The translations under genes and the position numbers were made by a program. Shown piece by piece: positions 39,274 through 53,630 of a stretch of 64,000 nt of DNA. The notes under the pieces were generated by a model. That model was not told the DNA's origin. It worked only from the letters and a program-made list of their open reading frames with translations, and ran no database searches. The first letter of the stretch is position 1. Each line of letters begins with the position of its first letter. The stretch is from Bigelowiella natans CCMP2755 (lineage: Eukaryota > Protista > Cercozoa): the NCBI GenBank assembly GCA_000320545.1, contig ADNK01000140.1, positions 248,001 through 312,000 of the forward strand. The letters are read 5' to 3'.

Positions 39274-39310
39274 ATTGAAAAGAGATAATCACTTCATCAC
39301 ATTCGTCTCA
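38930..39310 (-). repeat. Two to three copies of the dispersed repeat family, interrupted by (TA)n
   Basis: gctacattaggatg...aaaa..t.a....cattacatc.gtct occurs at ~38965 and ~39177, with a partial copy at ~39275; reverse complement of the 9428 copy. Confidence 0.6.
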
Positions 39311-39325
39311 TATATGCATGAATAC

Positions 39326-39363
<38 letters not shown>

Positions 39364-39496
39364 TATATACAAGACGATAGCTTAGCTGACCACTTCTGCA
39401 TATCATGGTTAGAAATGTGCATGCATAGCATGCAGAGTAGCGTGTGTAATTGATCATCTCTGACCCAACACTATTGTACATTGTACAATAATATTT

Positions 39497-40104
39497 TCAC
39501 TGTTCTGTCTTCCTCCCCACCCCCCCTCCCTTTTTGTTTGTCGATGATGATGATGCTGCACAAACCGCAGTATCATCACCATCACCATCATCACCTCTAT
39601 TATTGCACGTGGGATTAACGTCGCCGCCCTGAGCGGAAGTACTACTAACGTCGTTGGACGATTGCGACGAATCAAATGATAACTTGCTGGCCTTCGCTCT
39701 TTCTTCCTGCTGCTTTCTATTCTCGGTTGCTTTATTACTCGTCGGTCCAACGCCGCACACACCACTGACACCGTAGCCTGGGAGCAAACAACAAACATTC
39801 TGAGCTGAAAATATTACATCTCGATATCTCCACTGCCTGTTAACACCCATATGCACATTATTACATGAAAACTCTTGGGTATACTCCAGTATGCATTGTT
39901 TTGCCTCGGGGGTCAGCCTAGGGGCCATGCCTGTATCATCCAATTCGTGGAACTATCAGATACGATGCACCGCCTTCGATGAAAGGATGCACAACGAAAA
40001 CATCCTTCATTTTTCACAGCCATACGGCTGAGCATGCTAGTCAAACGTTGATATTTTCGTACAGAAATTGGAATTCTTTGAAACAGTCAGAAGATATCTT
40101 GTCC

Positions 40105-40146
<42 letters not shown>

Positions 40147-41176
40147 ATGATATTTATATTGAACTATACAATTTTAGATAAAATAAATGATTCTTCATTT
40201 TTACCACGAAGACTTTTAGTTCTTTCGAAATGACTCCTGAGCAATGTAGGTAAAGCACACACGCACACATGCTCAGGCATTGGTACTTCACCGCTTATAA
40301 TGTGATCAAGTAGTATTTGACCAGGTATCCCTCCTTCTTCTTGCTCCTTTTCTTCTTTATCATACATTTTTTCTACCTCAGCCCCTCTTCAAAGGTGAGA
40401 ATGTCTTGGCGATCTTTGCCATAGGAGCCATGAAGACCCAGTCCAATGTTCGTCAGCAAATGAACCTAAATCGAAACAAGTCAAAACACGTTACGTGTGT
40501 GTTTCTCTGTGTGCGTGCGTGCGCGCGCGTGTGTGTGTTAATGTGAAGAAACGTAGAGCCAGTGCCAGTGCGTAAGAACAAAAAGGGAGAGGTAAGGAAG
40601 GGGGGGAGAGAGAGGGGGGGGGGTTGGCACAGCTTGTTGGATATCGATTTTTGCAAGATTCTCCAAGCACAACCAGCGTAAAATTGCTCTCGCGCTTTCC
40701 CCCAGTTATCGTTTCCATCAACTCATCATGCCCCTAAAAATTAAAAACACATTCGATACTTACTCCTCAAAGCAGAGAAGGAAGGAGAAGGAGGCCACGG
40801 CTCAAAATAAGAATAGTCTTCATTATTTTGTACGAGGAGTACGACTACTAGGTCGCCTCCTAGTCCCAGCTATTTTGCATGCGGATAAACAATATTAGCA
40901 GTGTGTGTGTGTGTGTGTGTGTGTGTTGTGATTATCTACGCAATGAATGGTTGGCAAACCACACAACTAATTACACAACACATCATCAAACAACACCTTA
41001 TAGTGAAGCATCTTAGCGATGCAATCTTTGCCTTAGAATAACAGTATATATTTATGTCACCATAGAGTCAGTCATCAATAGGAGTCGTCAAGAGGGTGCG
41101 ACGACTCACGATCGACGTTTACTACAGCTTGGATGATATGACTGGGCACAATCTCACCAGCAGCTGTTGTGCTACA

Positions 41177-41209
<33 letters not shown>

Positions 41210-41575
41210 GTGTCATTATTATTTAACTGAGAACTCTACTACTTTTGAGAATGCTGCGGTAGCGAAGTTGGAAGTGCTCTGGCATTTCATCCATCGAATT
41301 TGATGTATATTCGTCCTTGCCTGCACCAACGGACGGAGGAGGAAAAGGGAAAAAAGGTCCCCACAAAGGGGGGGGGGAGGGGGGGCGAATTATCGACTAC
41401 ATTTTTGTTCCCAATTACTACGAAAAACAGCGTACGTTCTAAGGTACTGTGGAGGCTGTTTTTGTAAAAACAAATTTCATTCTATTTTGTGATGTATCAC
41501 TGAATATCCTGAGATCTATCGTGTAGCGTGGGCGGCTTGATTTAGGCAACGTCGAATCTCCTTGATAAGAAAGGC

Positions 41576-41608
<33 letters not shown>

Positions 41609-42692
41609 GTGATGATGACGAGCTTAAAATGTTATTGTATTTTGTTTGCTGCACTTTTGAATATTGCGTCTGCACTTTAAAAATTAATAGTCAATAGCCC
41701 TCCTCCTCCTCCTCCTCCTCCTCCTTCTCCTTACCGTGTGGCACGTAGTTATTGAAGAATAACGCTTGACTAACCACAAAATGAGCAAGAAAAGAATCGT
41801 CAAGGCAGCATTCATTAAGTGTATTCTCTCTTTCTCCTCCTCCTCCTCCTCCTCCTCCTCCTCCTCCTCCTCCTCCCCTTCCATCGTCTTCTATGTTTTT
41901 GTGTACACATCATCACCCCGACTGCAACTTCCAATACATGCCAGGAACGGGCCACGGTAATGAACAATATTTAACCTCGATGTATCTGAGAGGGGAGGAA
42001 GAAATATCGAAAACAAGGCCAGGAAGAAGATGAAGGAGGAGAGTAGGAAAATGATGAAAAGGGACTCCGTTATGAATGGAGAGTACTGTCTTCCGATAGC
42101 GTCGTATATGAGTGGGTTGATGATGTATTCATTCATGAAGATAGAGGCTTCAACTTATTTCTAGTCCGTACAGCTACAAATGAGAGTAGCATTTATGTAA
42201 AATGAGCTGATTGATCATCATCTTCATCATCTTCTCGTTGCTCCTCTTCTTATTCTAACGTGGTGAGGATGAGGAAGATACTAAGGAAACACCACCTTGC
42301 AAAGGAAAATTGAGCGGCACTGAGGAAGACACTTTCATCGACTAGAGCAGGATACAGCAGTATATACCGTGCAGCACGTAATGCCCTATCATCAGAGATT
42401 TGCATATAAATTTCACTCACACACACACGCACACACACACACACACAGACATCGCATATCGTGTATCCGACTTCTCTGTTTGTGTGTTGATGTGAAGAGC
42501 CCCTGAAAGACAAAAATATGACCCTCCTCCTCTTTGAAAATAAATCCACGGTGCTGTAGTCGATAATCATCCGTGCTGTCTTAATATGAACACTGCTACC
42601 TCAAGGTCCTCCTCCCATCTTTTTTCTTCTGCTGCCGGAAATAGTGATCCAGACGCTTATCCATGTATGCTTGCGAAGGAACCTGTTGAATA

Positions 42693-42737
<45 letters not shown>

Positions 42738-43434
42738 GTTGTGACCGCAGTGTATATGCATGTTTCTTATGCTGAGCGAATTGTTACGCATTTTGACTGA
42801 AAGGAGGAGATCGAGAAATAGGTGCAATCATCGGGCAACTCGTGAATGTGAACGACGAGAGGACAATCGACGATATCTAGGACGAGCTCAAGAACAACAA
42901 CAGTAGCGTCTCTCTCTATCTTTGCCCAGCAGCACCTCAGCGTCTGCATCTTCGTACACAATCAACGGCTGGTGATCATAAGTTACATCCTCCAACGCCG
43001 TGTGGAGACTCTGGTTGCAAATGATAGGAGGTGGGGGAAGGGTATTAAGAGGGGAGGGGAATGAGAAGAGGAAGAGAAGAAACAGATGATAATGATCGAA
43101 GGCAAATTCTGCTACGAATAAATCTGCAGTGTCATCACACGCGAGGAATTTTTCTTATCATCATCATCCACATTTTCCAACTTTAAGTTGGTATTGCAGC
43201 ATAATTTGGGAGGACTTACAACAATAACAACAACTACTACTACTCCTACTACTACTCCTACTACTACTCCTACTACCCTTTGCTGAGCGGCGAACATGCA
43301 GGTGGGAGAGGCCTCAGGTCTCGAATTACACACGGACTGTCACGAAAAAATTAATCATAATATTAGGTTTATTTCCATCTACCCCTGTATCTCGCCAGTG
43401 TGCGTCTTTCTCTCTCTCTTTCTCTTTCTCTCTC

Positions 43435-43480
<46 letters not shown>

Positions 43481-43481
43481 C

Positions 43482-43518
<37 letters not shown>

Positions 43519-44324
43519 TTTGAGTGTGCTTGTACGGCGATGTGTGCATCATACCCCAGAAAGACCAACAGCCCAAGATCGTGCATTGTGTACTCCTGTT
43601 TTATTAGAAATAAATGGGGGTAGAGTTCGTTTCGTATTTATCATCATGAGCAAGGTTTTGGATCCCCCCCCCCCCCCCGTGGTAAGTATAGAAGGATTGT
43701 CGTTGAATAATGACCGTATGAGCTCTCGTTGGCTGGAACGACGAAAGCATTTAACACTACCTGTAGTCGTCATTATGATGTATATGTATTCTTTATGATA
43801 TTATCCATATTTGGGCTCTGCCGACGACGATTTCATTCAAATCTAGCTTAACTCACGAGTATATCACAAACTTCAAATAACGTATATATATGTAATATTG
43901 TCTGTGAACTTCTGCAGGTTCCAAACCATAAATACTTCTGCAGGTTCCAAACCATAAATATATTATTGATGATAACGTACCCCCCCGAGTTCTGGCATCA
44001 GCTGTGTGATAATGCCAAGATTTTTTTGGTAAAATCTACATATAGCAGTATCATTGGAAAAAATTCTTCCAATTACATGTACGAAAAAGGGCAAGAACAA
44101 GAGGAGGAGGAGGAGGAGGAGGAGGAGGAAGAAAAAGGGAGATAATAGGGTTGTGTGTGGTTCTGACTCAAATCCTGATGGTGTGAAGAGTATAGCGTTG
44201 TTAAATTGAAGGGAAAGTGGATTGTAGTATGCACTTCCACCCGCTTCTGCAAGTACAGGTTCAAAAGCAAGATACCAGAAAAAATAGGTTCTAAAATCAG
44301 GCACACATACACACACACACGCAC

Positions 44325-44366
<42 letters not shown>

Positions 44367-44369
44367 GTA

Positions 44370-44415
<46 letters not shown>

Positions 44416-44657
44416 ATATGGAGGAAGATCATGCAAATTGGAGACTAATTTCCTCTTTCTTCTATTTTCATGTACTTTATCACCAGTCATGATTCTCATC
44501 TACCTATTGAAGACAGAAACTCATCTATCTCCCCTTCCAGTTTCTTCATCCAGTCGATCTCCCGTATTATTTGTAGTCTAAGCTTCTCCGGAAGTCTCAT
44601 CTGAACGACTCTACTCGGAAGAGGAGCGAATATAAAAAAGCATTGATAATATGAAGC

Positions 44658-44697
<40 letters not shown>

Positions 44698-45805
44698 ATC
44701 GTGTAGCATCTAGTGAGAAGTAGGATGACCTTGTCCCTCCATGGTTATCTAATTGGAATCTTAGATTCGAAACATCGTAGCCCTGTAATAGATACGACAA
44801 CCATTGGCCAGGAATAATAGTGGGGGGGGGGGGGGTGAGTCATGAAAATGGATAGCTATTGTACTATTTTGCAATGTCCTCTGCTTATATTATTCATTGT
44901 AACATGCACACCCATTGAATATCACTAAGTTTCGACTCATCACTCACATATTTTTCCTGAATTGCCCCGGCAAATTCAGCGACTCCGAAAAGCTTGGTGT
45001 TCTGATTCGATATGATCGACAAGAATATCAACTCTATCGCTTTGCTTACCTCAAATACAGAGATGGGGGAAATAAGCAAGAGCGCTATTCGATTCCTCAC
45101 CTTCAAAAAGCTTTTTTTTAAGTCCCTGTAAGCTCGAACAAAACGCGGTTCCAACTTATCTGCACATGACGCGGTTGGAACGTTAATTTCAGATCATCAT
45201 CCTTTTATTGTTGTGCGTGTAGTCTCAATGACGGTTACCGGCGTATGCTTTAGCTGCTGAGCACAAGTCTGTTCGTGAGCGCTGTCCATTGATCGGGAGA
45301 AAAGTAGCTGCTCCAGCGATATCATCGCCATTCCAAGTTTTGGTCGTCGATCTGGAGAATAACATTTGAAATATAGTGATATTAGTGTCATGACTCAAAT
45401 CCTCCTCCTCCTCATCATCATCATTATCATCACTGCTTTGAATGTGTAATTATCTCAGGAATCAAGCGACCGCCACATAGATACCGCTACAACATCCATT
45501 ACTTCAGATGCTGCTGATACTACAGCTACAATCCACAACCACTTTTCATGAGTAACAAGAAAAATTAACAGAACAATGATAAATAAAAACATTAAAATTA
45601 CATTGAAATTTTATAATAACTATTGCTCCGCTTCTGCGGCTGATATCTTACCCTGCGCCACAGCGAGCAAGACTAAAAAGAAAGAATGCTACGACTCCAT
45701 GAGCCAGTCTGTAATAACTTTGCGATCAATTCAACAAATAAGCCTATGAAGTATGTTACATCCGAAAGGGGTATATGAACTATGGTCTCACCTGCTCGTT
45801 ATCAT
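39497..45805 (-). CDS. Signal-peptide Fe(II)/2-oxoglutarate-dependent enzyme (PhyH/SyrB2-like fold) with an H-x-A motif; candidate halogenase; more than 20 small exons
   Basis: Phase-consistent splicing gives MITSRLAHGVVAFFLFSLARCGAG...LMPELGG|VVLNAFVVPANESSY|GVHNARSWAVGLSG|...|SLHTALEDVTYDHQPLIVYE...WKLQSG|QALFFNNYVPH|GDSTLPKSSRPRYTIDLRIF. Order and spacing fit the DSBH core. HNA is at 43590-43582, the distal His at 41738-41736 and the 2OG-binding Arg at ~41527. Confidence 0.7.
43908..43959. repeat. Perfect 26-bp tandem duplication in an intron
   Basis: acttctgcaggttccaaaccataaat x2. Confidence 0.9.
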
Positions 45806-46707
45806 GTGGCTTCCCTTCCGCTGCAGCAGGGCACCACAACAGTGGGCGCTGCTCTCACCGCTGTGTGTTCGTTCGAGCTCGGAAATAATGATCGTTGCTC
45901 GTGATAAAGGAAGATCGCAGAAGGCATAATTACCGAGGATTTAGTTCGTGCGACAACGAGAAATCTGACATGATAAAAACTTTCACAGAAGAGAGATAAT
46001 GTGGTTTTCAGGAGAATGTTGTCTCTGTTGTAGTCGTAGTTTGTACGAATTTCGGAATTCGTACGAGCGTTAAGATAATCAGAAAGAATGTTAGTCTGTC
46101 GCACACTAAGACTATGAAAATCACTTCGGTGAAAAAACATAGGGGAAGTCAAGGACGCGAACAGAATACATGTAACTAACAAGATACGAAGAACAAATTC
46201 GGGTTATTTCCCATTGCAAAACTCCGAGAGAAGAAAATACTGCTGAATTTTGCCTCCGACTGTCAAGAAAAACCGTTATCATGTAGCAGATCTACTTAAT
46301 ACGACTTAATACAGTTAATTGTCGTTTATGATTAGATAGCATATTTATGCTGTACGCGGTTCGAAGGTCAGGCTCGTAGCATTCGAAAGGACATTGGGAC
46401 TTTACGACTTGTAGATATGATCGGTATCTGGGTAAAAATGCAAGGATGAGCTTTACATGCTCGAAGCTGCTGAGATTCTATTTCGGGATAGTATGTTTAG
46501 CGACATGCTCAAAGTCGGTTTGAAAGTAGAAAATGATTTGGGTATTTGCCGGTGATCGGGTTTCTTGATGGTGGATTTAAATCTGAAAAAGTTGATCTTC
46601 TTATTCACAAACCCTAAGCTTACCAAAGGGAGGAGTGGAGTTCTAACACACCCCTCTGAGGCCAACGACTCCAACGCCACCGTTGGACTCAAGCTGGTGC
46701 ACCCACA

Positions 46708-49700
46708 ATGTCGCTCTTCAATCTCCCTACGATGAAGAGCAATGGCATACGCATGGAGGGAACACTGTAAGTAACGAAGCTGTGCGATACACCAGCGAGA
46801 CACATAAACTTCCAAGTATCAGTGATTTGAATGCTTCTTAGGATTAGGCACAGTACGATTAGACAAAATAAAGAGCGGTATTTCAGGTAACCACCCAGTA
46901 GTATTTCCATAATTCTTTAGTATGGCGGAAGGGAGGGGGAGAGGGTCGCTTTACATTTAGTCCTGCGTATGATGGGCTGCGCCATAAAATCCGACTTTAC
47001 ATTGAACAAGGCTGAAATTTCTGGAGAATAAGGCTGTCCTAGAGAAATTCAAAGACGAGGTGGGCAACTAAACGTGAAACTTACCCATTAAAAATATTAG
47101 AAGTAGGAGAGGAATCGGAAGTGATGGGTACTGGGAAAATAGTACAACGTGATAGTTAGATTCCTCCTGTATTAATTCTATCTACACCCGTCAAATCAGA
47201 GAGACGAGACCCGCCGAGATAAGTATGAGATTCACGATAACTCGACAGTGAAGTTCAGCGAAAGGACCGGCGCATACTGGTTTACGGTAAGAAGTAAGGA
47301 GGGGAAGTCCTCGCTAACATGCTTTTCTCACTTTCATAGTTCAGAAAACAAAGGCTAATGAAAATCCTAGTTAAACGATAAAGTGCGACTTCTATCACAT
47401 AACCTATTTTTGGGAGAACAGAAGAGTATATGATGTGACTTTCAATCTCATTGTTTAGTTAAAGACAAATGGAAGGGAGCACAGGTTTGGCGCTCAAAAT
47501 CCATTGGCACGGGTCACTTGGATCAAGGCCATTGAGAAGTGAGTGTTATCGTCGGCGTCTCTTTGTTTTCATTGTCCCTCAAAGTGTATGTACGTTTGTG
47601 AGAATATACGGCGTGCTTCCCTTTGGATCTAATACCTTACAACTACATTTAAAGATGTGTCCATGAGTTGCGAGCTCGAAGTCGGGGTATAGAGTACGGA
47701 GATAAGGTGCGTTCTGGACTACTTACTATGAATTACTCTTTGGTTGAGTACACATGTTGAATAATATTGTGACTTCTTCTTTTACTTTGCAGGAGGAAAC
47801 GACGGAGGTGGACAGCGATGGCTCTTGCGACACTAAGGCTGCCACCGTGAAGTAATAACAACGATCACTGCAAGCACTAATGTTATCCACAGCCACCACT
47901 GCCGCCACTATCAAGGGACATCTCAGGCGTCCTTGGTTTTCTTGCATTGTACATGCGCTTATGAATATGTTTATTATGTTCAGACTCGAAATAGAAACCC
48001 TCGCTCAGGAGCTGCGGGGAAAAAGAGGGATCCGAAAAAAAACGGTATGTATTGAGGAAGGATAGGAACACGGCTTCAGAGCAATTGGAAAATAGGAGGA
48101 GGAAGAGGGGCCTGGAAGTGACAAATGACTAGCCTAAATTATGATTTGTGTGTGGTGCCCCATCCATCGTCAAGAGACAATTAGTTCTATTTTGACTAAT
48201 GTTTCCTTGGTTCACTATTGACAGCACTATTTTGAGTACCAAAATGTGAAGAACAGCTTCAAAGGGTTGCATGTCGTTGCATGGCTACTTAAGGTTGATG
48301 CTGTTTCTTCTTTATATAGATGGTGATAATAGGCAACGACTTTTTTTGAGCGTTCCAACTGATGATTCTTTGTTGGTCTCAACCTCCCTCCCAGAACCGA
48401 TTCTCACCAGATCGCAACCGTGCTCTAGATGTAGGGGCTGAACTGCTCACAGCGTATGTTCCAAAAATACTCTCTTCATTTCCTCTTCTCTAACCAACCT
48501 CACCCTGAGCAACTATACTAACTATCAACATCATCATCATCATCATCACCATCATCATCCGCTGTCCCTCCCCTTCTTCTTGCACTTGCCTGGATCTAAC
48601 CTGCCGTTTCCCCCCTCTTGATCTTCCTCTTGTTAATGTTTTAGGGGGAAACTGACCCGAGTCGATGGGGGAAGGCAGTTTAAGGGTGAGGATGAGCTGT
48701 ATGTGTTCACTAAGAGCGTAGGCATTACCCCTTCAGTCTTGGTCAAGGATATTGACAGGCTGCAGAAGCAAGTCAACGGCCTCTCAGTAGAAATTCATCA
48801 GGTGTGCATACTACTGGTAGCTAGTTTGATGAGAAAAGAGCTGTAGCACTGGAGCTATTGCTGTCACTGTCACTGTTGCTGCTACTTTCATCTGCAGCAT
48901 GGTTCTTATTTATAACCTTTCCAACCGTCCTTCCTCCTCCCCTAGGTCGAAAACTCCTCCGAAGAGCTCTACAATTTGCTGCAAGATCAGATATCTCAAT
49001 TGAAAAGCGGTATGTGTTTTTTGGGGTGGTGTTGTTCACTATTTATAGGGCAGGGAAGGGGTGTGGAGGAGGGGAAGGGAAGGGGTGGGAACATTAAGTT
49101 TCCCGGCGTACGTGGCCCTTACTAGACGCTTTTCAAGACAATATTGTCTTCCCTTCTCCTCCTCGATCGTTATTCGAGCTCCTACTTAGCTATCTCTCAT
49201 ATTATCCACGTTGGTCTGTCTTCCTCACCGCCAATTCGATCATAACATGTGGTGTTGTTTATAATGATGATACTAATAGAAATCCGTTCTTCTTTTCGTG
49301 ACGAACAGAGACCCAGAAAATGAGACAGCATGTAGATTGGCTAGCCGGGATTTCGTTGTCTGTATCATGCGGTAAGTGTCAGAATCACTGCTTTCATTTC
49401 TCCCTTCTCTACGCAAACTATTCCGCTTTTCTCCCCATCCTCTTCCACCTCATTACCATCATTATCATCATCATCATTCTATCCCCCCCCCCTGCGTATT
49501 CATACGATCGGCCTTTGTCGTTGTTGTGCGCTTCTCCTCCTCTGTTGGTGTCATCCATTGATAATCGCATCATTTAGGAATAGTGATCATGGGCCTCTGG
49601 GGCAATTTTAGCGAGGTTTTTAATTTAAAAAAAATAGCCCACGTCCCCCTCCTCCCCTTTCATAGGTGAAGGGATGGAGGATGGGCAGGGGAGAGGTAGG

Positions 49701-50105
49701 GCAATAGAAGAGGGGAAGCTCTTCGTAAATCGACAACGCCAACCTCCCATGATTACTCATTAATGATCAAAGATATCATCGGATAATGTAGCGCTGCTAT
49801 GCTGCTGCTACTGAAACCTCTCCCCTTCCACCACCATACAACAACACTAGGTGCCATTTTACATTCGAGCGTTCCTTTTAGTACTGATTGTATCAGTAAC
49901 AACGATGGGTTTTATGATTCTCAACTCCAACATTTCGAAGAAGATAATAGTGAAGGTAGAAGCACGCTACGTGCCAAGCATGTATATATATACTACGTCG
50001 TGCAGCATTAATTGTTGCACGCATGTTCGATGTTTCCAACAAACACGCATCGAGAGCTATTTATCCACTTTCTCTTGTCTCCCCTCTCTCTATCTCTCTT
50101 TGTGT

Positions 50106-50142
<37 letters not shown>

Positions 50143-50482
50143 GGTACCAATAATCACATCGAGGCAAAATATGACCCCCTTTTTTACTTCAGGGGTTATC
50201 CACTGCGAAACAGTATAGGGGGGGGCTCGATAAAGTAAGGCGAGGTTCTCATTCCGCCTTTTCTAGTACTGCTACTTTTCCCAGAGGGTCTGTGATGAAA
50301 CAGGGGCGACAACAGAAGGTGCCCCCCCACAAAGTTATGATGATGATATTAAAATGTGGGTGGGATCCCTTGTGAAGGGGAAAGCAAATATGAGGATGGG
50401 TCATGGGGGTTAGGAGGGAGAGCAGAGTGAAACTAGCGTAGAAGATATCATTTTCTCTCTATATCATTTTCATATACATTTG

Positions 50483-50542
<60 letters not shown>

Positions 50543-52224
50543 TGGAGAAAGGGAGAGAGAGAAGAGGGGGTGCGTATGATGTGTGTCCATTTGCTAAGTA
50601 GTACATTCTGGACCGTTTCCTCTTTTCTGCTGTCACAAACAACATGCCACTGCCTAAGCAGAGTAACATAGTTTTTATACTATCTGGAAATCTCTTCTTG
50701 TGGTTTGGCACATCTGTTGTCGTCGTCATCATCATCATTTTGATTTACCTCCTACTATATTTTGGGGTGGGCGGATGGATGTTTTTTTTTTTTTTTTTTT
50801 TTTTTTTTCCCGTGCATTGTATGTTCGCACGATAAATTAAGGCCTTTTCTGATGGCAACCCTTTGAGTGTGTGGGTTGGCAGTGGTGACGGACGTGCGAT
50901 GAACGTCGTCGGATCCACTTCTTCCACCCCTGCTACTTCTCCTACTGGAGTGTCATCATCATCATCACCATTCCGTGGGAGAAGAAAGAAAGCCCAGAGT
51001 CACGAGCACTTAGGGGCTAGCCCCTCACATCAGCCAGCAGCAGCTATCAGCTCTCCAGCTACGTCTCTAATATCTCCTCCCTCGCCATCTTCATTGCTAT
51101 CGTCGCCTAGGAAGAGAGCTCCCTTGCCGCCCCTCAGCAAACGGAGTAGTGCCAACGCCTCCGCACCTAACCTGTTCTCTCCTCGAATGCTCGTCCGTGA
51201 TGATGGGGACGCTGATGGGAATAAGATAAAGCAACACCAATTCCCCCCCCGTGTATCGCCTCAAAGGAGGGTTGACATTACAGTTTTATAGTAGTTGAGA
51301 ATGTAGCACATTGTTGGTAGGATGATGCGAAAGTCCTCCTGTCTTTTTTTTTTGGAAGAAGATAGTTGCAGTAATACTAGCGTGCTTTATTTTTTCGATG
51401 ATACATTCGCTCATAGATACTGAATGTACAGTTAGAGCACCCATCAACATCATCATCATCAGTTTTTTTACTATCATCAGTATCATCAGTATCATCAGTA
51501 TGATCATCATCATCTTCTATCTTTTTCTTCTTCTTTTATTCTTACGTTCTTTGTCTTCTCCTTACTCAACCACGAGGAGAGTATTGTTGGTTCATATGGG
51601 AATAACAAGAGGGTAGGGGGGATAGGAATATAGTGTTGTTGCTATTATTGTTCTTCTTCTTATTATTATTATTATTATTATTCGTGATGGAGTGTTGTCT
51701 TCTCTCTAAGCTACCTCCCTTCCTCCCTCCCCGCTCCCTTTCCCCATCATCTTCAGCACGAGAAATTGACTGGTATCAGCGATCGACACGGTGGAGGCCC
51801 GTCAAGGCGTCTACATCCTACATCTTCAAGAAATGACGATGCAACGTCAACAACACTGTCGGGAAGTAGCGATGGAAAACACTCAAAGCCTACTGGGCGA
51901 AAGGTGCAGACACACAGCTGCGTCCCCCCTCCCCTCCCCTTTCCTCCCTCTTTGTGTTGGTTGGTGAGATGGGTTGTTAGAGGTGTATTGAAGTCTGCCA
52001 ATACATGAAAATGTTGGAAGGCGTGCTAATGATGTACCCCATGCTCTTTTCTTTCATCTTCATTATTTTTCTTGTTGTTATTGTTGCTGTGCTACTTGTT
52101 CTCTTCTTACTCTTGTTAGGATTGGAAAAGAGGTGGTGAAGGAATGCTATATCGGCACTTTACAACGTGCGTCTTCTTCTTCTTGTCGTTGTCTCCCCCC
52201 CCCCCCCTTCTCCCTCTCTCTACT

Positions 52225-52259
<35 letters not shown>

Positions 52260-53158
52260 TATCGTATCATTTACAAATGCATTGCCGCTAAATGTAATAA
52301 GTTGTTGTATGTCCAATAATAATAACTAAAATACACTACCATGCAGAGATCAACCAAAGGATTGCTGGAGTCAACCTAAGGCAGACGAATTTAAGGTTTC
52401 CCCCCTTCCCCCCTCCCTCCTCCACCATACTACCAAATGGCAACGATGATTACTAATAAAAACGCCAATGAATGAATGAGCAGCACATGTTTTTGGCAAA
52501 TAACACCATGATTTAATATGATGTCTTCTTGCAATGCCAATGGTTTGCAATGATATATGCACGCAAAAATTTGGTTGAGATTTAGTTGTTTGTTTATTTG
52601 TTTGTATACTCTCTCTCTCTTCTTGTCGCCTTGCCGTTCATTCGCTCGTTCGTGCGATCTTCTTCTTCTTCCTCTCTTCCTCCTCTTCTTCCTCTCTTCC
52701 TCCTCTTCCTCCTCCTCCCTCCTTGTGTTTTAATGCTGCTGGGTGTTTATTGTTTATTGGTTCCTTCTCAGGTACGAGGAGCTCGCTACCTCGTTGATGG
52801 GATCAAAAACGTATCGAAAGTCTCACGGTAATAGTGCTCGAGGAAGAAAGTGTTTGCGTGGCCATTATCTATAGATAATCAAAGAATCACCACATCATCA
52901 CACACCATCATCATCATCTTCTTCATCGTCATCACCATCATTTATTATTATCATCTAACGTCACTGTAGATTTGAGGTTGCTTGCTGCGAGATGTGCGCT
53001 GTCGGTGAAAAGGTAACACTGGTCAATTTTTTCATCCCTCACCCCAATCAGTAGTCCACCTTTGCACGCTGCTGCTGCTGGTGGTGGTGGTGGTTTAGAA
53101 ATATGTCTTGCTTATGATATGCTCCCTTCGTTGGGTCTTTGTTCTGCCGTATATCATT

Positions 53159-53190
<32 letters not shown>

Positions 53191-53589
53191 TACCATCGAT
53201 ATTGTAGATCTCTTCCTTCGTACTTTTATTATCCGTTATTTCTCTATGCTCCCGATCTTGCAGATTGATCATATTGCTAGCTTGAAGCATAGTGCCCTTC
53301 ATCGTCTCCGAAATGAGGTAGTTCACTCGGCAATATCAATCAATCAAACAATCAATCACAGAAATGTTTGCTCATGCTTGTCTCTGCCTGTCTCTGCTTT
53401 TCTCTACACGTCATTGTTGTTGTCGTTGTTACTTATGTCAAGTGCGGAAGTGATTATAGTGATGATGATGATGATGATGATGATGATGGTAATTACGTCG
53501 ATTATGGTATTGCAGAGTCGATATGCTGAGGGTTCGCATCCGTTTTCTGTCAACTTCTTACTTATCCAATTCCAAGTAATAATCCAATA

Positions 53590-53630
<41 letters not shown>

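Noticed and set aside
41891-42136. Hydrophobic 81-aa ORF suggesting a membrane protein
   Set aside because: Mostly pyrimidine-rich intron; the real exon is in another frame (YIEVKYCSLPWPVPGMYWKLQSG).
46453-47947. Minus-strand ORFs at 46453-46815 and 47726-47947
   Set aside because: Antisense to the PH-domain exons of the plus-strand gene.
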